Below, one piece after another: positions 33,615-46,500 of a stretch of DNA of 64,000 nucleotides. Under the pieces are notes generated by a model. It had not been told where the DNA came from. It saw only the letters and a list, made by a program, of their open reading frames with translations, and did not search any database. The first letter of the stretch is position 1. Every line of letters begins with the position of its first letter. Both the position numbers and the translations under genes were made by a program. Location: the NCBI GenBank assembly GCA_965644315.1, contig CBFFRQ010000200.1:30429-94428 (forward strand), given 5' to 3'. Source of the stretch: Caecitellus pseudoparvulus. Lineage: Eukaryota > Protista > Bigyra: Bicosoecida.

Positions 33615-36600
33615 ATGGGGTCCCTGGTCATGCTGCGGAATCTGCTGGCAGCGAGCCATGACCCGTTGACACTGCACGACGTGGCGGCGGCAGTGAACGG
33701 CACCGCCAGAGAGGACTGGCGACTGGACGCCCCTGACAAGTTCATAGGCCCCCTGTTGGCAGGCAGCCTCGTCTCCGTGGTGGGGTTCTCCTTGCAGATG
33801 AGTGCGTGCGCCACGCTGGAGTTCCCTGCCGCCCGCAACCTTGGCATCAAGCACTGGTCAGCGGCACACCACACCCCGCCACGCCCTGCGCACAGTGAGC
33901 TTCTGCTCTTGCCGTTCCACTCGACGCCACCCTGCAAATATCCTCATGTACATGGGGTGCGTGCCTGTGCTCACCCCTCCCCCCGTCATCCCACCAGCAA
34001 GGCCGTCCACCACACCCCCCCTCCGCAGCTTCTGCGACTTCATTTTCAGCGTCTGCGTGCTCGTGCAAATGGTGGCACGGGTGATGAGCCCTGGGGACGG
34101 TGTGCCGGCCCTCCTGCTGGACAAGGTGGGCTGCCCCACCCTCGCCTTCTTCACAGTGCGTGTCGTGGGTCTGCGCATCGCCGCCGCGCTGCCGTCACCG
34201 TCGCCTGCCCTGCGCAGGAGTTTGGCATTCTGGGGGGCGAAGTGTGGTTCGGCATCCTCGGCATCGACTTTCTCCTGGCCACGCGCAACCCCTTCTACGC
34301 ATACAAGTCCACGCTGCGCCTGTACACGCTGTTCGCCACCGTGGTGGCGCTGGCGGGCGGCTTCATCCTCCTTGCAAACACCTACCCCGAGCTGACAGGC
34401 CACGCAGTGCAGGCGCGAGCAGGAGAGGGGGCTGGGCTCAGCGAGTTCGGCTTTTGCTGGATTGTGCGACTGCCGGGCAAGCAGTTGAACTTCTGGCTGT
34501 GGGGGCTGTTCGCCGTGCCGCTGGGCGTCATGTTCGTCATGTCCCTGGGCATCCTGCTGCTGGCAGCGCTGACGCTGAACCAGGCCTCTCGCAAGACCTT
34601 CGAAGTGCGGCAGCAAGTCTTCTTTGCCACCCGCACGTACGTCATCGCGTACGGCCTGTTTTACTTCCTCTGCATCGTTCTGTACGGGGCGGCGGACTAC
34701 ACGCGCCCAGAGCCCAAGTCTCGCTTCCTCAGCCCCCACAACGACTTCGCCCTGGCTCTGGCCTTCCTCTTCCCTGCCCGGGGCCTGGCCATGACCAGTG
34801 TCTGGTTCTGGAACAACAGGGCCGTCACCATGCCCAGCGCCTGCAGGTGTCGCTCCCGCACCGCGACGCCCCAGCTGGCAGGCAACCCGCGACGGGGCGA
34901 CGACTTGGAGCCAGCCCTCAACAAGTTCTTGCAACTGGAGCTGGTCACGTTTTCCTTCAAGGCCATGCGGGCCTGCGCAGCAAGTGCGCAGCAAGTGTCT
35001 GGCGAGTCCTACTACGTGTCTGCCGAGGACAGCAACCCGCCCAGCCTCCTCAGCCGGGGGCTGGCGTTCTGCCTGCGCATTCTCCTCTGTGGCGGCTGCG
35101 GCCTGCTCAGCCGGCCCTGGTACACGGCTGCATCCTTCACCCGCACGTCCCCCGCCCAGCGCGTCCTGCGACGCCTGCGGGCGTCGGATCGGCCCCAGGG
35201 CATGAACTCTGATGCCTACATTTCCCGCTTGCTGGCCGGCATGGCCGCAGGCCCAAGTGACTCCTCAGACTCCCTGCGACTCGCGACGCAGGCAGGCACG
35301 CGCCTCCTGCACGCGGCAGCTCGGGGGTCCATCGACTCCCGCGACAGCTCCCTGTCCATGTCTGGGCGCATGGCAGAGCTGGACGCCGCAGTGGGCGTGC
35401 TGGAGGGGGGGCGCCCCCGCTCCCTCTCAGCTACCAGGTCTCGCAGGCCGCGGTGGGCAGACATCTCGGCTCAACTGCGCTCCGGTGGCGTGTCGCCCCC
35501 CCCTCGCCGCCAGAGCTCGGCACATGCCATGCTGGTTGGCGAACCTGCATCGGCGGGGGCCATGGGAGACAAGGCCGGGGGCGGCCCACGCCGGGCCCCT
35601 GATGGCACCCTGCTGGATGCGCCAGAGGAAGACACAGGCGAGGAGTGGCAGGTGCCAGTGTGGACGGGTTCCTCCTCCGCGCCCCCCGCTGCCCGGTCAA
35701 GCGACAGTCTGCTGTCCCAGGCGGTCGCTGCGGAGCAGGGGTCCTTGCAAGGGGACGGACACCGGGGCAGTGCGTTGCCAGGCGCGTCCAGGGTGGAGCT
35801 GCCTGTTGCCAGTGCTGCGAGTGGCTCTGTGTCCCGCTTAGGCGCTGCTATGGCCCGCACGATGCGGGCCTCATCCGACGGCTGGACAGCAGACCAGTGG
35901 GAGGGCGCCTTCAGTGACTCAGAGGAGGAGGATGTGGACATGGAGGCAGAGCTGGGTCCAGCCGACTGGGTCAGTCTGCAAGACGTGCACACCAACGAAC
36001 ACCTGCGCACCTACTTGTTCGGAGCACCCCTCTCCCGGCACACACATCCGGCCGAGCGGGGGGAGGGCGACCCCGGCACGCCAGACGGACCACGCAGGCG
36101 TGTACGTGCGGCGGGGTCAGACGCCCCCCGCAGGGTGCCCCACGCTGAAGAGGAGGAGGGTGTCTTTGAGCAGCTGGCGGCCAGCCTGCTGACTGGACGG
36201 GGGTCTGCCGCTGGGCGCGGCAGGGGGGGTGCGGCGGGGGATGACTTGCGGGCTCCCCTCGTGCCCGAGGGGGCCACGGGCGAGCACGCGGACGTCGTGG
36301 AGCCGCCCCCACTGGAGGTGTCCGAGCTGGCGCCCGCCTACTTCACCCTCATTCGCACTGTCTTCGGCATCACACCCGAGGCGTTCATGCGCGATATGGC
36401 GCTGGCTTCTGTGCAGGCGTTTGGCGAAAAAGCACACTTCTCGGAAGGCGCCTCCCAAGCCTTCATGTGCTTCTCGCAGAGCAACGCCTTCCTGATGAAG
36501 ACCCTGACGCAGGCGGAGGCTGAACAGCTGCGCTCCATGCTGCCCGCCTACACACGGTACGTCTGCACACACCCCGACACCCTGCTGGTCAAGTTCCTCA

Positions 36601-37484
36601 TGGCCGTGCGCATTAAGCTGTATGGTCAGCCGTTCTACGTCGTCGTCATGAACAACTGCTTGCACACGCCTGAAGACATCCACCAGCGCTTTGACTTGAA
36701 GGGCTCCTGGGTGGGTCGCTCGGCGAACAAGGCACGTGGCGTGCAGCCCTCCTTCAAACAGGCGTACATGGACGACCCCACGCGCCTTGCTGGGAACGTG
36801 CTGCTGGACAATGACCTGAACTTTCGCCTGCGCCTGGAGCCGGCCTTTGCCTCGCGCCTGGCACGGCAGGTGGAGGCGGATGCCACGCTGCTGCGGGACT
36901 GTGGCATCATGGACTACTCCCTCCTACTGGGCGTGCACCGCGAACAGATGTCCGTGAAGGCGTCAACTGTGACAACCCCCACACCAGGCGGGGGGGGCGG
37001 GCCCACCGCAGTGCAGGGCGCCACAGCCCCTGCCGTTGCCTTGCGCAGCTCCCTGCCTGCGGGGGTGCAGTCCCCCACTGTGACGGCACCTGGAACTGGC
37101 GGAGCCGAGGCAACCACCGCCACCTTCACTCGTGGCGCCTTCAACATCGTCGCCCCAGGCGCTGTGGAGGGCGCGTCGAGGTACTACCTCGGCATCATCG
37201 ACATGTTGCAAGGGTGGACACTGGGCAAGGTGGCGGAGAACTTTGCCAAGACCACCATCTTGTGCCAGCCCAAGGACGGCCTGTCTGCCGTGCCGCCCCA
37301 CCAGTACCACCAGCGCTTCGTCTCACGCATCGCCAAGCAAGTCATCAACCCCAAGGTGTCCACCTCTGAGCTGCAAGTGCGCAATGTCCGGGCGCGGCAG
37401 CGCCAGGCAGCACCCCAGGCGCCCTCTGGCTTCGTTCAGGGTGTGACATCTGCCCTGCAGCAGCTGCTGCAGCTCAAGTACTGA
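33615..37484 (+). CDS. GPCR-PIP kinase fusion (oomycete GK / Dictyostelium RpkA type)
   Basis: Three 5' introns give RRHPANILMYMG|FCDFIFS..CPTLAFFT|EFGILGGEVWF..IDFLLATRNPF..SEFGFCWI plus further TM helices. C-terminal PIPK motifs: EGASQAFMCFS, FLMKT, MNN, FDLKGS, IMDYSLLLGV, YYLGIIDMLQ, LSAVPP..YHQRF. Confidence 0.9.
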   Translation: MGSLVMLRNLLAASHDPLTLHDVAAAVNGTAREDWRLDAPDKFIGPLLAGSLVSVVGFSLQMSACATLEFPAARNLGIKHWSAAHHTPPRPAHSELLLLPFHSTPPCKYPHVHGVRACAHPSPRHPTSKAVHHTPPPQLLRLHFQRLRARANGGTGDEPWGRCAGPPAGQGGLPHPRLLHSACRGSAHRRRAAVTVACPAQEFGILGGEVWFGILGIDFLLATRNPFYAYKSTLRLYTLFATVVALAGGFILLANTYPELTGHAVQARAGEGAGLSEFGFCWIVRLPGKQLNFWLWGLFAVPLGVMFVMSLGILLLAALTLNQASRKTFEVRQQVFFATRTYVIAYGLFYFLCIVLYGAADYTRPEPKSRFLSPHNDFALALAFLFPARGLAMTSVWFWNNRAVTMPSACRCRSRTATPQLAGNPRRGDDLEPALNKFLQLELVTFSFKAMRACAASAQQVSGESYYVSAEDSNPPSLLSRGLAFCLRILLCGGCGLLSRPWYTAASFTRTSPAQRVLRRLRASDRPQGMNSDAYISRLLAGMAAGPSDSSDSLRLATQAGTRLLHAAARGSIDSRDSSLSMSGRMAELDAAVGVLEGGRPRSLSATRSRRPRWADISAQLRSGGVSPPPRRQSSAHAMLVGEPASAGAMGDKAGGGPRRAPDGTLLDAPEEDTGEEWQVPVWTGSSSAPPAARSSDSLLSQAVAAEQGSLQGDGHRGSALPGASRVELPVASAASGSVSRLGAAMARTMRASSDGWTADQWEGAFSDSEEEDVDMEAELGPADWVSLQDVHTNEHLRTYLFGAPLSRHTHPAERGEGDPGTPDGPRRRVRAAGSDAPRRVPHAEEEEGVFEQLAASLLTGRGSAAGRGRGGAAGDDLRAPLVPEGATGEHADVVEPPPLEVSELAPAYFTLIRTVFGITPEAFMRDMALASVQAFGEKAHFSEGASQAFMCFSQSNAFLMKTLTQAEAEQLRSMLPAYTRYVCTHPDTLLVKFLMAVRIKLYGQPFYVVVMNNCLHTPEDIHQRFDLKGSWVGRSANKARGVQPSFKQAYMDDPTRLAGNVLLDNDLNFRLRLEPAFASRLARQVEADATLLRDCGIMDYSLLLGVHREQMSVKASTVTTPTPGGGGGPTAVQGATAPAVALRSSLPAGVQSPTVTAPGTGGAEATTATFTRGAFNIVAPGAVEGASRYYLGIIDMLQGWTLGKVAENFAKTTILCQPKDGLSAVPPHQYHQRFVSRIAKQVINPKVSTSELQVRNVRARQRQAAPQAPSGFVQGVTSALQQLLQLKY

Positions 37485-37563
37485 ATTTGCGAAAGCATGG
37501 GCGGACGAGAAGGGCTTGCGCCGCCCAGGCATGCCCTGTACTGCGCGCTGTGGCCCACTGACA

Positions 37564-40500
37564 TCACCCGCTTGGTTTGATGGCGGCGAAGACGAGAGAC
37601 AAGATGTCTGCGGCCATCTCGAAGGCGACGGACAGTGCGACGGCGTGGTCTGCCACCAGGGCCACATTTGCAGTGGCAGGGTCGGCTGGTGCGTGGTCCA
37701 GAAGTGCCGCGTGTGGGTGTGCCGATCCGGACTGCCCCTTGCCCTGGTGGTGAGCTTGGTGGTTGGCCGGGGACGCCAGCAGCGCGTTCACAGCTGAGTC
37801 TCGAGTGGCTGCTGGGCTCCAGCGCACGCCAGCCTGCGAAAAATGCAGCACCCAGGCGCCATTTGGCACCGCCACACCTGGCAGCCCCGCCTTGGGCGAG
37901 TGTGTGTAGGCTCCCTGCACGTAGCTCCTGCTCCAGCCCTCTTCATACTGCTTCGGGTGAGGCAGGCGCAGATCAGGGGGGTGTGGGCGCGCATCAAGTG
38001 ACTCCTCTGCTGTCTCCCCTTCCTTGCTCTGCGGGGGAGAGGCGGCCGGCGAGCCCCCTGCGGAGGCCTCTGAGGCTGGCGACTCAGCCTTGCTCTCCAG
38101 CAGGCCCACGTCGCCGGGCCGTGTGCGGGGAGGGGAGGCTGCTGATCGGAAGAGGCGGCTGGTGCTGCGGCCGCGAGGCAGCAACGTGTCCGGCAGGTAG
38201 CAGCAGGCCTCCACCGCGAAGCGCTCCAGCTTCAGCTGCAGGCGGCTGGGCCCTGCAGAGGACGCACACCACCACGGCCGCAACCAGGCCCACACGTCTT
38301 GGCTGGCAAGGAGCAGGGCTGTGCGGGCGGTGGGGTCGTGCTGCACCCTGGCCGCAAGTGACTCCAGGGTGTCGAAGTGACTCAGCGCCCCAGAGCTGGC
38401 CTTGCGCGCGAGGTCGCCCGGGAGAAGTGCGAGCGCCAGGGACAGGTCGGGAGGGGGGGTCACATGCAGTGGGATCTGCACAGCCGCGACCCATGGTCGC
38501 AAGCTGGCATGCCCATGGGACGCCGGGCCAGCGCCTCCGACAGGGCGCCGAGCCAACAGCCCCTGCCCCAGGCCCAGTACAGCCCGGGCAGCGATGTCTG
38601 CGAGGGGCACTGCGCTGCCCTCTGTCAGCGCATTCTGCACTTGCGGCTTGGCCATGGCTTCAGCTGGCGCCTGCCCACACGCCCTGGCCAGAGCTTGCAG
38701 CGCTGGCGGGGCAGCGTGCTGGGGACCCAGCGTCCCCCCACCAGCGGACAGCACGACAGCCCATGGCAGACAGGCAGAGATGGAGGGGGTGCGCCAGGTG
38801 ATAGCCTTGGCAAGGGGCGTAGGGGGGGGCAGCACGGGCGGCAGGCCTCGCGGGCAGGGCAGCAGCACGTGGGAGGGGGTGTCGGGGGAAGGCGCAGGGT
38901 CTGCCCCCGTGCCCACGTGCAGGGGCGTGGCAGGGGCTGGCACTGCGAGCATGCCTGCCTGGCGAGCCTTGCGCGTGAGGCCGTCCAGCCAGCCCTGCAC
39001 GGCTTGGGGCCAGGCTGCCACCCAGTGCACGGACACACGAAAGGCGTGGCCTTGGCGGTACGTGGCTGGGAAGGACACCTCGATCCAATTGAACATGTCG
39101 GAGATGGGGGCGGGGAAGGTGCCTGGGTGCCACAGGGGCGTCTCGTCCCCGCCTTCGCCGTCAGAGGACCACTTGGTGCGCAGGGGCAGGGACAGGCGCA
39201 CCACTGCCCGCTGGGCTTCGATACTGTGCCACGGCACGTCGGTGCCGGCATCCAGGATCATGCCGCGGAACCTGAACTTTCCAAGTGCCTCGGTGCGTCG
39301 CCAGGCACGAGGTGGGCGCTCGCCAGACCGCTCGGGGGTGCGGATGCGCCGCCTGCCGCTGGAGCTGCCGTGCGGGGCTGGACTGACGGCGCCCCCGCCG
39401 CCGCCGCCACTGCCGCCGCCACCGACCGACCTCTCTTCCACAACAAGGGATGTGGCACCGTCCACGAGGTATGCCCACAGTGCGGCGACGTCCACGGTCA
39501 CCAAACCGCAGGTGCTGACGGTGCCGGCACTGTTGCTGCTTGTGAGGGCGGGGCTGCAAGGGGACAGGAGGTCCCGACCGCTGCCCCCGCCGGCGCCAGA
39601 GCTGCCGCCAACTGCAGCAACGCCCGCGGGTGCCTGACCCTGCTGCACGACGCCTTGCAGAGTGGGCGGGGCAGAGGCCCCCCGTGCAAGGCCTGGGGGG
39701 GGCACGGCCGCAGGCTGGCTCCGGGATGGTACCAGCACCCAGTGCAATGTGCAGGACTTGAGGCCCCGCTCTGAGCCCAGGCGTTGGCTGGCGCTGCACA
39801 GCAAGGTGTCGATGGAGTTCCAATTCAGGCCCGTCGCGCTGGTGGATGCAGAGGCAGTGCCGACCGCGGCAGTGGCTGGGTCGCCTCCCAGGCCTGAAGG
39901 GCGGAAGGCCGCCCGTCGGGGCTGGAAGGACCGCGCACCGGCAGACCACACCATGAAGGAGTGCGTGACAGCGTCCACGCCCACCTCTGCGGCGGGTGCA
40001 GGTGGGGCGGACGAGGAAGTGGCTGAGCTGGAGTGGGAGGGGGAGGGCGGCGCCTTGGGAGGGGGCCGTGTCCGGGGCAGGGCCAGACTGGCCACGGTGC
40101 CAGCAGCACGCTGCGTCCAGTCAGCGGTGGAGCGCCAACCCCACTTGCGGTAGAAGGTGCGCACCTCCACGCTGGAGGTGTTGAGGTTGTACACGATGAC
40201 GTGGATGGCATGGCCCAGGGTGAGGTGGTACAGAGGCACGGAGGCGCCACCCCCCCCGCTCTCGGCGCCGATGTTGATGAGCCGTGCCATGCCGCTGTCG
40301 CCTTCCTCAGCTCCTCGCCGACCCAGCAGGGGGGAGCCCTTGCCCACCAGGGCCACCTCCTCAGGAGTGACGAACTGAAAGTCACACGCCAGGCGCAGCT
40401 CCACCATGCTGCGCACCACCGCCATGTGAGCGGCGGGCACGTCCACACACCGCGCCTGCCCATCGGCCAGCAGGCTGGGCATGGACCCGGGCCCCCACAG

Positions 40501-43500
40501 CAAGCCGTCACCCCTGCCTCGCAGGTCGAGCAGGCGCTGTGCAGCGGGGGACAGGTCTGTGGTGCGGTTGGGTGGAGGGGCGGTGGGGCCCTTGGAGCGA
40601 CTCTGTCGCCCCAGTCCGCCCCAGCGCCCGGTCTTGCGGCGGAAGGTGCCGGAGGTGGAGGCTGACGAAGCGCCTCGAGTAGCCCCGGCTGTGGCGGAAG
40701 CTGCTGAGTCTGCCTTCTTCCCTGACGCAGCCGCCTCCAACAGCTCCCGCACAGTCTGTGCACTGGGGTCCAGGGGCGGGGTCAGGGTGTAGTTGCTCTC
40801 GGAGAAGTTATTCTGGAGGTCGGCGCTGGTGGGCACGAAGCTGGTGGTGAGGGGCAGGATGGCTGGCTCAGTGAGGGACCTCCAGGGGGGTGCCAGCGCG
40901 CCACAGGACGCCTCCCAGGGGTCGAACACTGCCGCATCCCCAGACGGATCCAGTCCGCGTGCCGTGAAGGGGTGCAGGGACACCTCTGATGCCGCACTGG
41001 CTGCCGTGGGGGGGCGCTCGGCCAGTGCGTGCGTCCAACGACGGCGGTTGGCGCTGGCGGCCCATTCGAGCTGTGTGCGCCGGCGGCGGAAGGGGTTCAC
41101 GACGAACTGGGACAGGAACGTGCGCACCGCCTCCACCTCCCGCTCAAACAGCGGGTCAAACGCCTCCTCCCCGTCTTCCCCCCCCAGCCCCGCCGCCTCC
41201 TCACCGCCGCGGCCGAAGGTGGGAAGTCGGAGCGCCACACCCCCGTCTGCGGCCCCCTCGGAGTCGCGCCCAGAGCCAGCCCGTGCCCGGGCGGCACGCT
41301 CTGTGGTGAGCGTGTTCAGGGCAGGGGGGAGGCGCCCGCTCTCCCGAGGCGTGGAGGGGGCTCCCCGCCTGGGCTGGCGCCACCCCTGCGTGGAGCGACT
41401 GCGAGCCATGAGCCCCGCTGAGGTCGTCACGCCGGCGCCAGGTCCGATGGAGCTGGGGGGGCGGTTGCCCAGCGCCGTCAACAAGACGCCAGTGGGGAGG
41501 GAGGAGGGGACCTCCCCACTGCTGCTGGCTTGACGGGACTCCTGCACCACACGCAGGCCTGAACCGGACCGGAAGGCGACGCCCTTGCCTGAGCGTGAGG
41601 GCGGCAGGGCCAAGTCGCCCCCTGTACCAGCAATGGTTGCGGACCCGGATCGTGGGGGCAAGCCAGCGGACATGGAGCCCATGAGGGGAGATCGCATGCG
41701 CCCTCCAGACTGAGTCACGGCGCTGCCGGATCGAAGGCGCCGGGGGGGGCGCTGTGACGCCAAGGCAGGGGATGCCGCAGACAGGAATGCAGTGCGGGCC
41801 CTGGATATGTCCTGCCGAGGGCGCTGCTCGATGCGCGTCGGGCCAGTCACGGCAGTGGCCTGTGCGAGATCCTCTGGTGTGGGAGGTGGGGAGCTCGCCC
41901 CCTCGTTGCTGGGGGACGGCCCTGCCCCCCCCCCATCAGCCCCTGTGCCCTCCCCCTCCAAGGCCCCCCCCCCCTCCGGTTCCTCCAGGCCCACACCGAA
42001 GACGGGGCTGCTGCCCGGCGCTGGCCCGTGGTACATGGTCAGTGCCAGGGGGGTGGCAGCCTCCAGCACCCGCGGACCCCCGCCCTGCCCCGCAGAAGAC
42101 AGGTGTGGCAGTCCCAGGTCTGTGCGGGGCAGTGAGGAAGGCAGGCCCCGGCCCGCAGCAGCGGCCTGCTGCTCCGTGAACGACCTCAAGTAAGGCGAGC
42201 GTTGGGGCCGCACGACTGCCCTGTGCGCCTCCTGTCCCAGGCGCGACTTGCCCGGCAGGCTGCTTTGGTCTGGCAGGGCGCCGGTGGAGGAGGCACGCAG
42301 AAGGCCACGCCGGCCCTGCGCCACAGATGCCGGTAGCCACAGGCTGCTGGAGAGAGAGGCCTGGGAGACATTGGAGGACAGGCGTGTCGCAGAGGGGTCA
42401 GTGGGCAGGCCGCCCTCGCCCAGGGCCAGGCCTGCCTGGGACACGCTCACGTGCATGGCGTTGGCGTCGCCCGCTTCGCCGGCCACAGAGCCTGACGAGC
42501 CCAGGCTGCCCACCAAGGTGGGCAGGCCCGCCCCCGAGCCAACCCGCGAAGCAGGCAGGCTGACAGCTGCCGAGGCAGGGTAGGCCGCGGGCACTGGTCG
42601 CAGGGCCGAGTGGCTGCCGCGGCGCTCAAAGAGAGCGCGGTCGTGGGCCTGGCATGCGCGCACGACGGCGGTGGGCGACGGCGCGCGGGGAGTGGCGGGG
42701 GGGCCTGCAGTGCTGGCGCTGCGGCTCAGAGCGCGGGTGTCAGCGGGCGGCGCAGTGGCAACAAGTTGCTGCAGGAGGCGGTTCCAGGGGGCCAGGTCTG
42801 AGTGGGAGGGGATCCCGGGAGGGGGGCAGCTGGGCGGCAGACCCACCATGCGCCCCTCTGCCACGACGAAGCCGCCTCCAGAGTTCCCCACCTTGCCCAG
42901 GCGGGGCGCGATGCCGTCGGCGCTGTCGGCACTCCACCCCCCTCCACTGCTACTGTGGGGCAGATTGGGCCCCGCCAGTGCGCTCTCACTGCCGTCAGCT
43001 GACAGCCAGGTGCTGGGCCCGCCACCGCCTGCCCTCGCCAAGCTGCCCCCCGAGCAACTGCTCGTGGAAGGTGCGCCGAGAGCCGAAGCACTGGTGCCGC
43101 TGGGTTTCTTGCCCGCCCGTCCACGTGTGATGACACTGCGGCTGCCTGCTGTGCTGCCGCCGCCCCAGCCACCAGGCACGGGCCCCAGCCCCTGGTATGC
43201 GACGCCAGAGTGGGACAGCACTGCCACGGCCAACTGGGAGTTCTGCACGGAGCCACTGATGGCATCTTGGGCAGCCGCCACACCGATGACCACTGCGCCG
43301 AGGTCTGCCCCACGCAGCCCCTCAGGCCCCACGTGTGTCTCCTCCTCCACTGCACCCACTGAGCCAGGTGCTGCGGCACAACCTGCAATGGGGGTCACTT
43401 CGCCCGGTGGCACATCGGGCAGACCTGCCGGCCGGGGGCTGTCTGGCCCTTGTCCGGGCTCCTGTGTGCCAGGGACACACCCAGCTCTCTCGCTGCCCTC

Positions 43501-46500
43501 CTGCTCGTCGCTGGCCCAGCTCTCAGGTGCTGGTGTGCCGGGCTCGTCCTCAGACTCAGGGCCTGTAAGTGCCTGGGGGACCCGGTCCAACGGCCCACCG
43601 TACGCCTGCGTCAGGACACGGTAGGCTGGCCGCCCCGTCATCCCAGTCGCCTCCTCGTACACCTCGTGGCGGTAGGCAATGGCCGCCAGGGAGACGTCGG
43701 GGAACTCCACTGTGTCCCGTACACCCCTCCCACCGCCGCTTCCGCCGTCTGTGTCCGAGTCCAGGTACCCGGCCCGGTGCCCAGAGCTGCCGGCAGATGC
43801 TTCATGGCTCCGGTGCACGAGCACCCCCTCACTGTCTCGGGCACTGGCTGCAGTGGCGTGCCCGCCTCCGCCGGAAATTGCCCCATCCCGTTCGGAGCTA
43901 CCGCCTCCCCCCGCCGCCTGCCCCGAGCGCGGTAGGATGTTTGAGGCGGGCCGTGCTGCGTGGCGCAGAGCTGCCGCATGTGGCAACACCAGGCGCCCCA
44001 CAGCGGCCCCCGCCCGCTTGTACCAGGCAAGGGTGCTGAGCAGCGCACTGGGCAACTCGTGCCCAGCTGGGGTCAGCCGTGGGGCATACAGCGACAGCAT
44101 GCGGGCAGAAGGTAGGGGGTGGAAGGAGCCGTCAGGCTGGCGCTGGCGGTGGATGAGCGCCCCTACGCCAGAGCACTGCAAACTGCCTCGAGTCTGGGCC
44201 GTGCACTGGGCAGCACGCTGTGTGAGCGTTGGATCCCCGCCCGAGCCTGGTTCGTTCCCCACTGCCCCTGACAAGGCCGCGCATGCCTCGGCAAGGCCGC
44301 GAACCAAGGGAGAAGTCGTGCTCCACGCTGCCTTGAAGGTTCCTCGAGCCAGCTCCTCCACTGACGAGGCTGCCGTGTGGGGCAGGTTCGTTGCTCGGCC
44401 GTCGCACAGCGGCCCAAAGAAAGACGCATGCAGCCAGTACGGACGGTGATACGCCTGCTTGCTGTGTAGGGCTGCAGCGAGCTCTTTCAGTGCCTCGCGG
44501 CCCAAGCGGCGGGCCATGGGCCCATGTGCCAGCTGGGAAGCAGCCAAAGGCGCTGCGCTGGCGTCGTGTTTCTGTTGCCCGAGAGGGTTGCGAGTAAACA
44601 CGAACAGGGGCGTGTGGTACAGGGGTGGTCGGGAGACGTTCACCAAGTCACACCCCACGCCTGCATCCATGATGCGCTGCTTGGTCAGTTGGGACAGGTG
44701 GAAGTCCACCTGGTAATGCCCGGCGCCTGGCGCGACCAGCACAATGTGCTGCCCGAAATTGTGCAGGCTGGGCGCGACGGTGCTGCGCGCAAACTCATTC
44801 AAGCACAGGTTCACAGCCTGCAAGAAGTTCCCTTCGTGACACGAGGACGGCACGCCCTGCCCAGAGAACCGCGCCGCATGAGCAAGCGCAGCTGCTTCTG
44901 CGTGCAGGCGGTCCACATCGGCCTTGCTCGCGCCAACCTGCCCCGGGTGCAGCACTGCCACGGGTGGACTGCAAACTGCGGCACCCAGAACATTTACAAT
45001 GGCAGCGGGTGGAAGCGATCCTAGCAAGCGCAGCAAGTCCACGTGTGCTTTCAAGCGCGCGAAAATCACCCGCCTCGTTGCCCGCCAACGCCGCGTGATG
45101 CCCCACTTGGCCTGCATGACGAAATGCCGCACAGCACGAACGAGGGGCGGCAGGAGGTCTCCCCAATCTGCCAGTGTGACATCTCGCAACACGACATGGT
45201 AGGAGTCTTCCTGCACTTGCCCCCGTGCGCCCAGCACAAGTGCTCGGTCGCCACGAATGACATCTGTGTACAAGTCCATGCCTGTCGTGCCAGGGGGCCC
45301 TGCTGCACCTTTGCCCTGTGGGCCCAGGGTGTGCATGAGTGCCATTGCCTTTGTGTGGGCTTCCGCGAGGTCGGGGGGCAGGTCAGGCGAGGGCGGCTGC
45401 GGCGAGCTCTGCACTGGTGCGGAGGGGAAGTGGGGCGGGATGCAGTGGGGCCACGAAGCGCTCGGCTCGGCCGAAGGGGCCTCCCCCACCCCTTCACGGT
45501 ACTGCGGCAGGCCCAGCCACTGGAGGAGGCCCACGTCGTAGTCGAAGAAGGTGCGGGAAAACACCACCACGGTAACGCTGTGAGACACTTTGTCGCCGTT
45601 CCAGCGCTGGGTCAGAGTGGCTAGGAAGCGCGAGAGAGCCTTCTCCACGAACAGCTCGCCGTCGTCGGCATAGTCCCACATCTCTCGGGACAGCTGCAGG
45701 GCAAGGATGATGTTGGCTGAGCGGGAGCGCAGTGCCACCTTCGTGCGGTGGTGGATGATGCCGGAGGTGAGGGGGGCAGAGTCACTGTCCCGGCCCCTGC
45801 CGGGCAAGTAGTGGCGCAGGGAGCGCACCTGGACCCTGGCACCCCCCACATTCAAGTTCTGCCCCACGTGCACACAGCGCCCTGCCAGCTGGGCCAGGAC
45901 TCGCCACACGCCAGCTCGAGAGATGAACTGGTCCCGAATGCTGACCTCCGCAAAGTCCGCCTGGAAGGCCGCCACATCCGCTGCCCGCACCACCACTGTC
46001 TGCCGAGATCGCAGGCCGTGCTTTTCGGCCACATGCTGGTCCAGGCTGAGAGCGAAGTTCCCGCGAGCTTTGCCATGCGCTGGGACGGTTGCGAGGCAGG
46101 CGGTGGATGGCGCGTACGCCTTGGCACAGGGGGCAGAGTCCAGGGCTGTCGGAACGGCTCGGATGTCCAGCAGATCCCCGGGCATGATGTGTGGGAATAC
46201 AGCTGGGTCCAGCACCAGCATGTCTTTGGAGAAGTCAGCCCCGTGTGTGATGAGCTCCACCTGCACAGGCCCAGTGAAGTGCGCCGCAACGCTGGGGACC
46301 GCGGGACTGTCCAGGGCAGTAGAAGAGGCACTGGTGGAGGCATCTACGGGGCTTTCAGTCTTCTTTGGTCGCCTACGAAGCCACGTGTTGCGAGGGCGAC
46401 GCCCTGCGCTGCCAGACCCTGCCGCTGGCTTGGTTGCGGATTTTGGTGCCTGCTTTGCAGGTGGGCTTGCGGCTGTGCTTGGGGTGCTCGATGAGCTACC

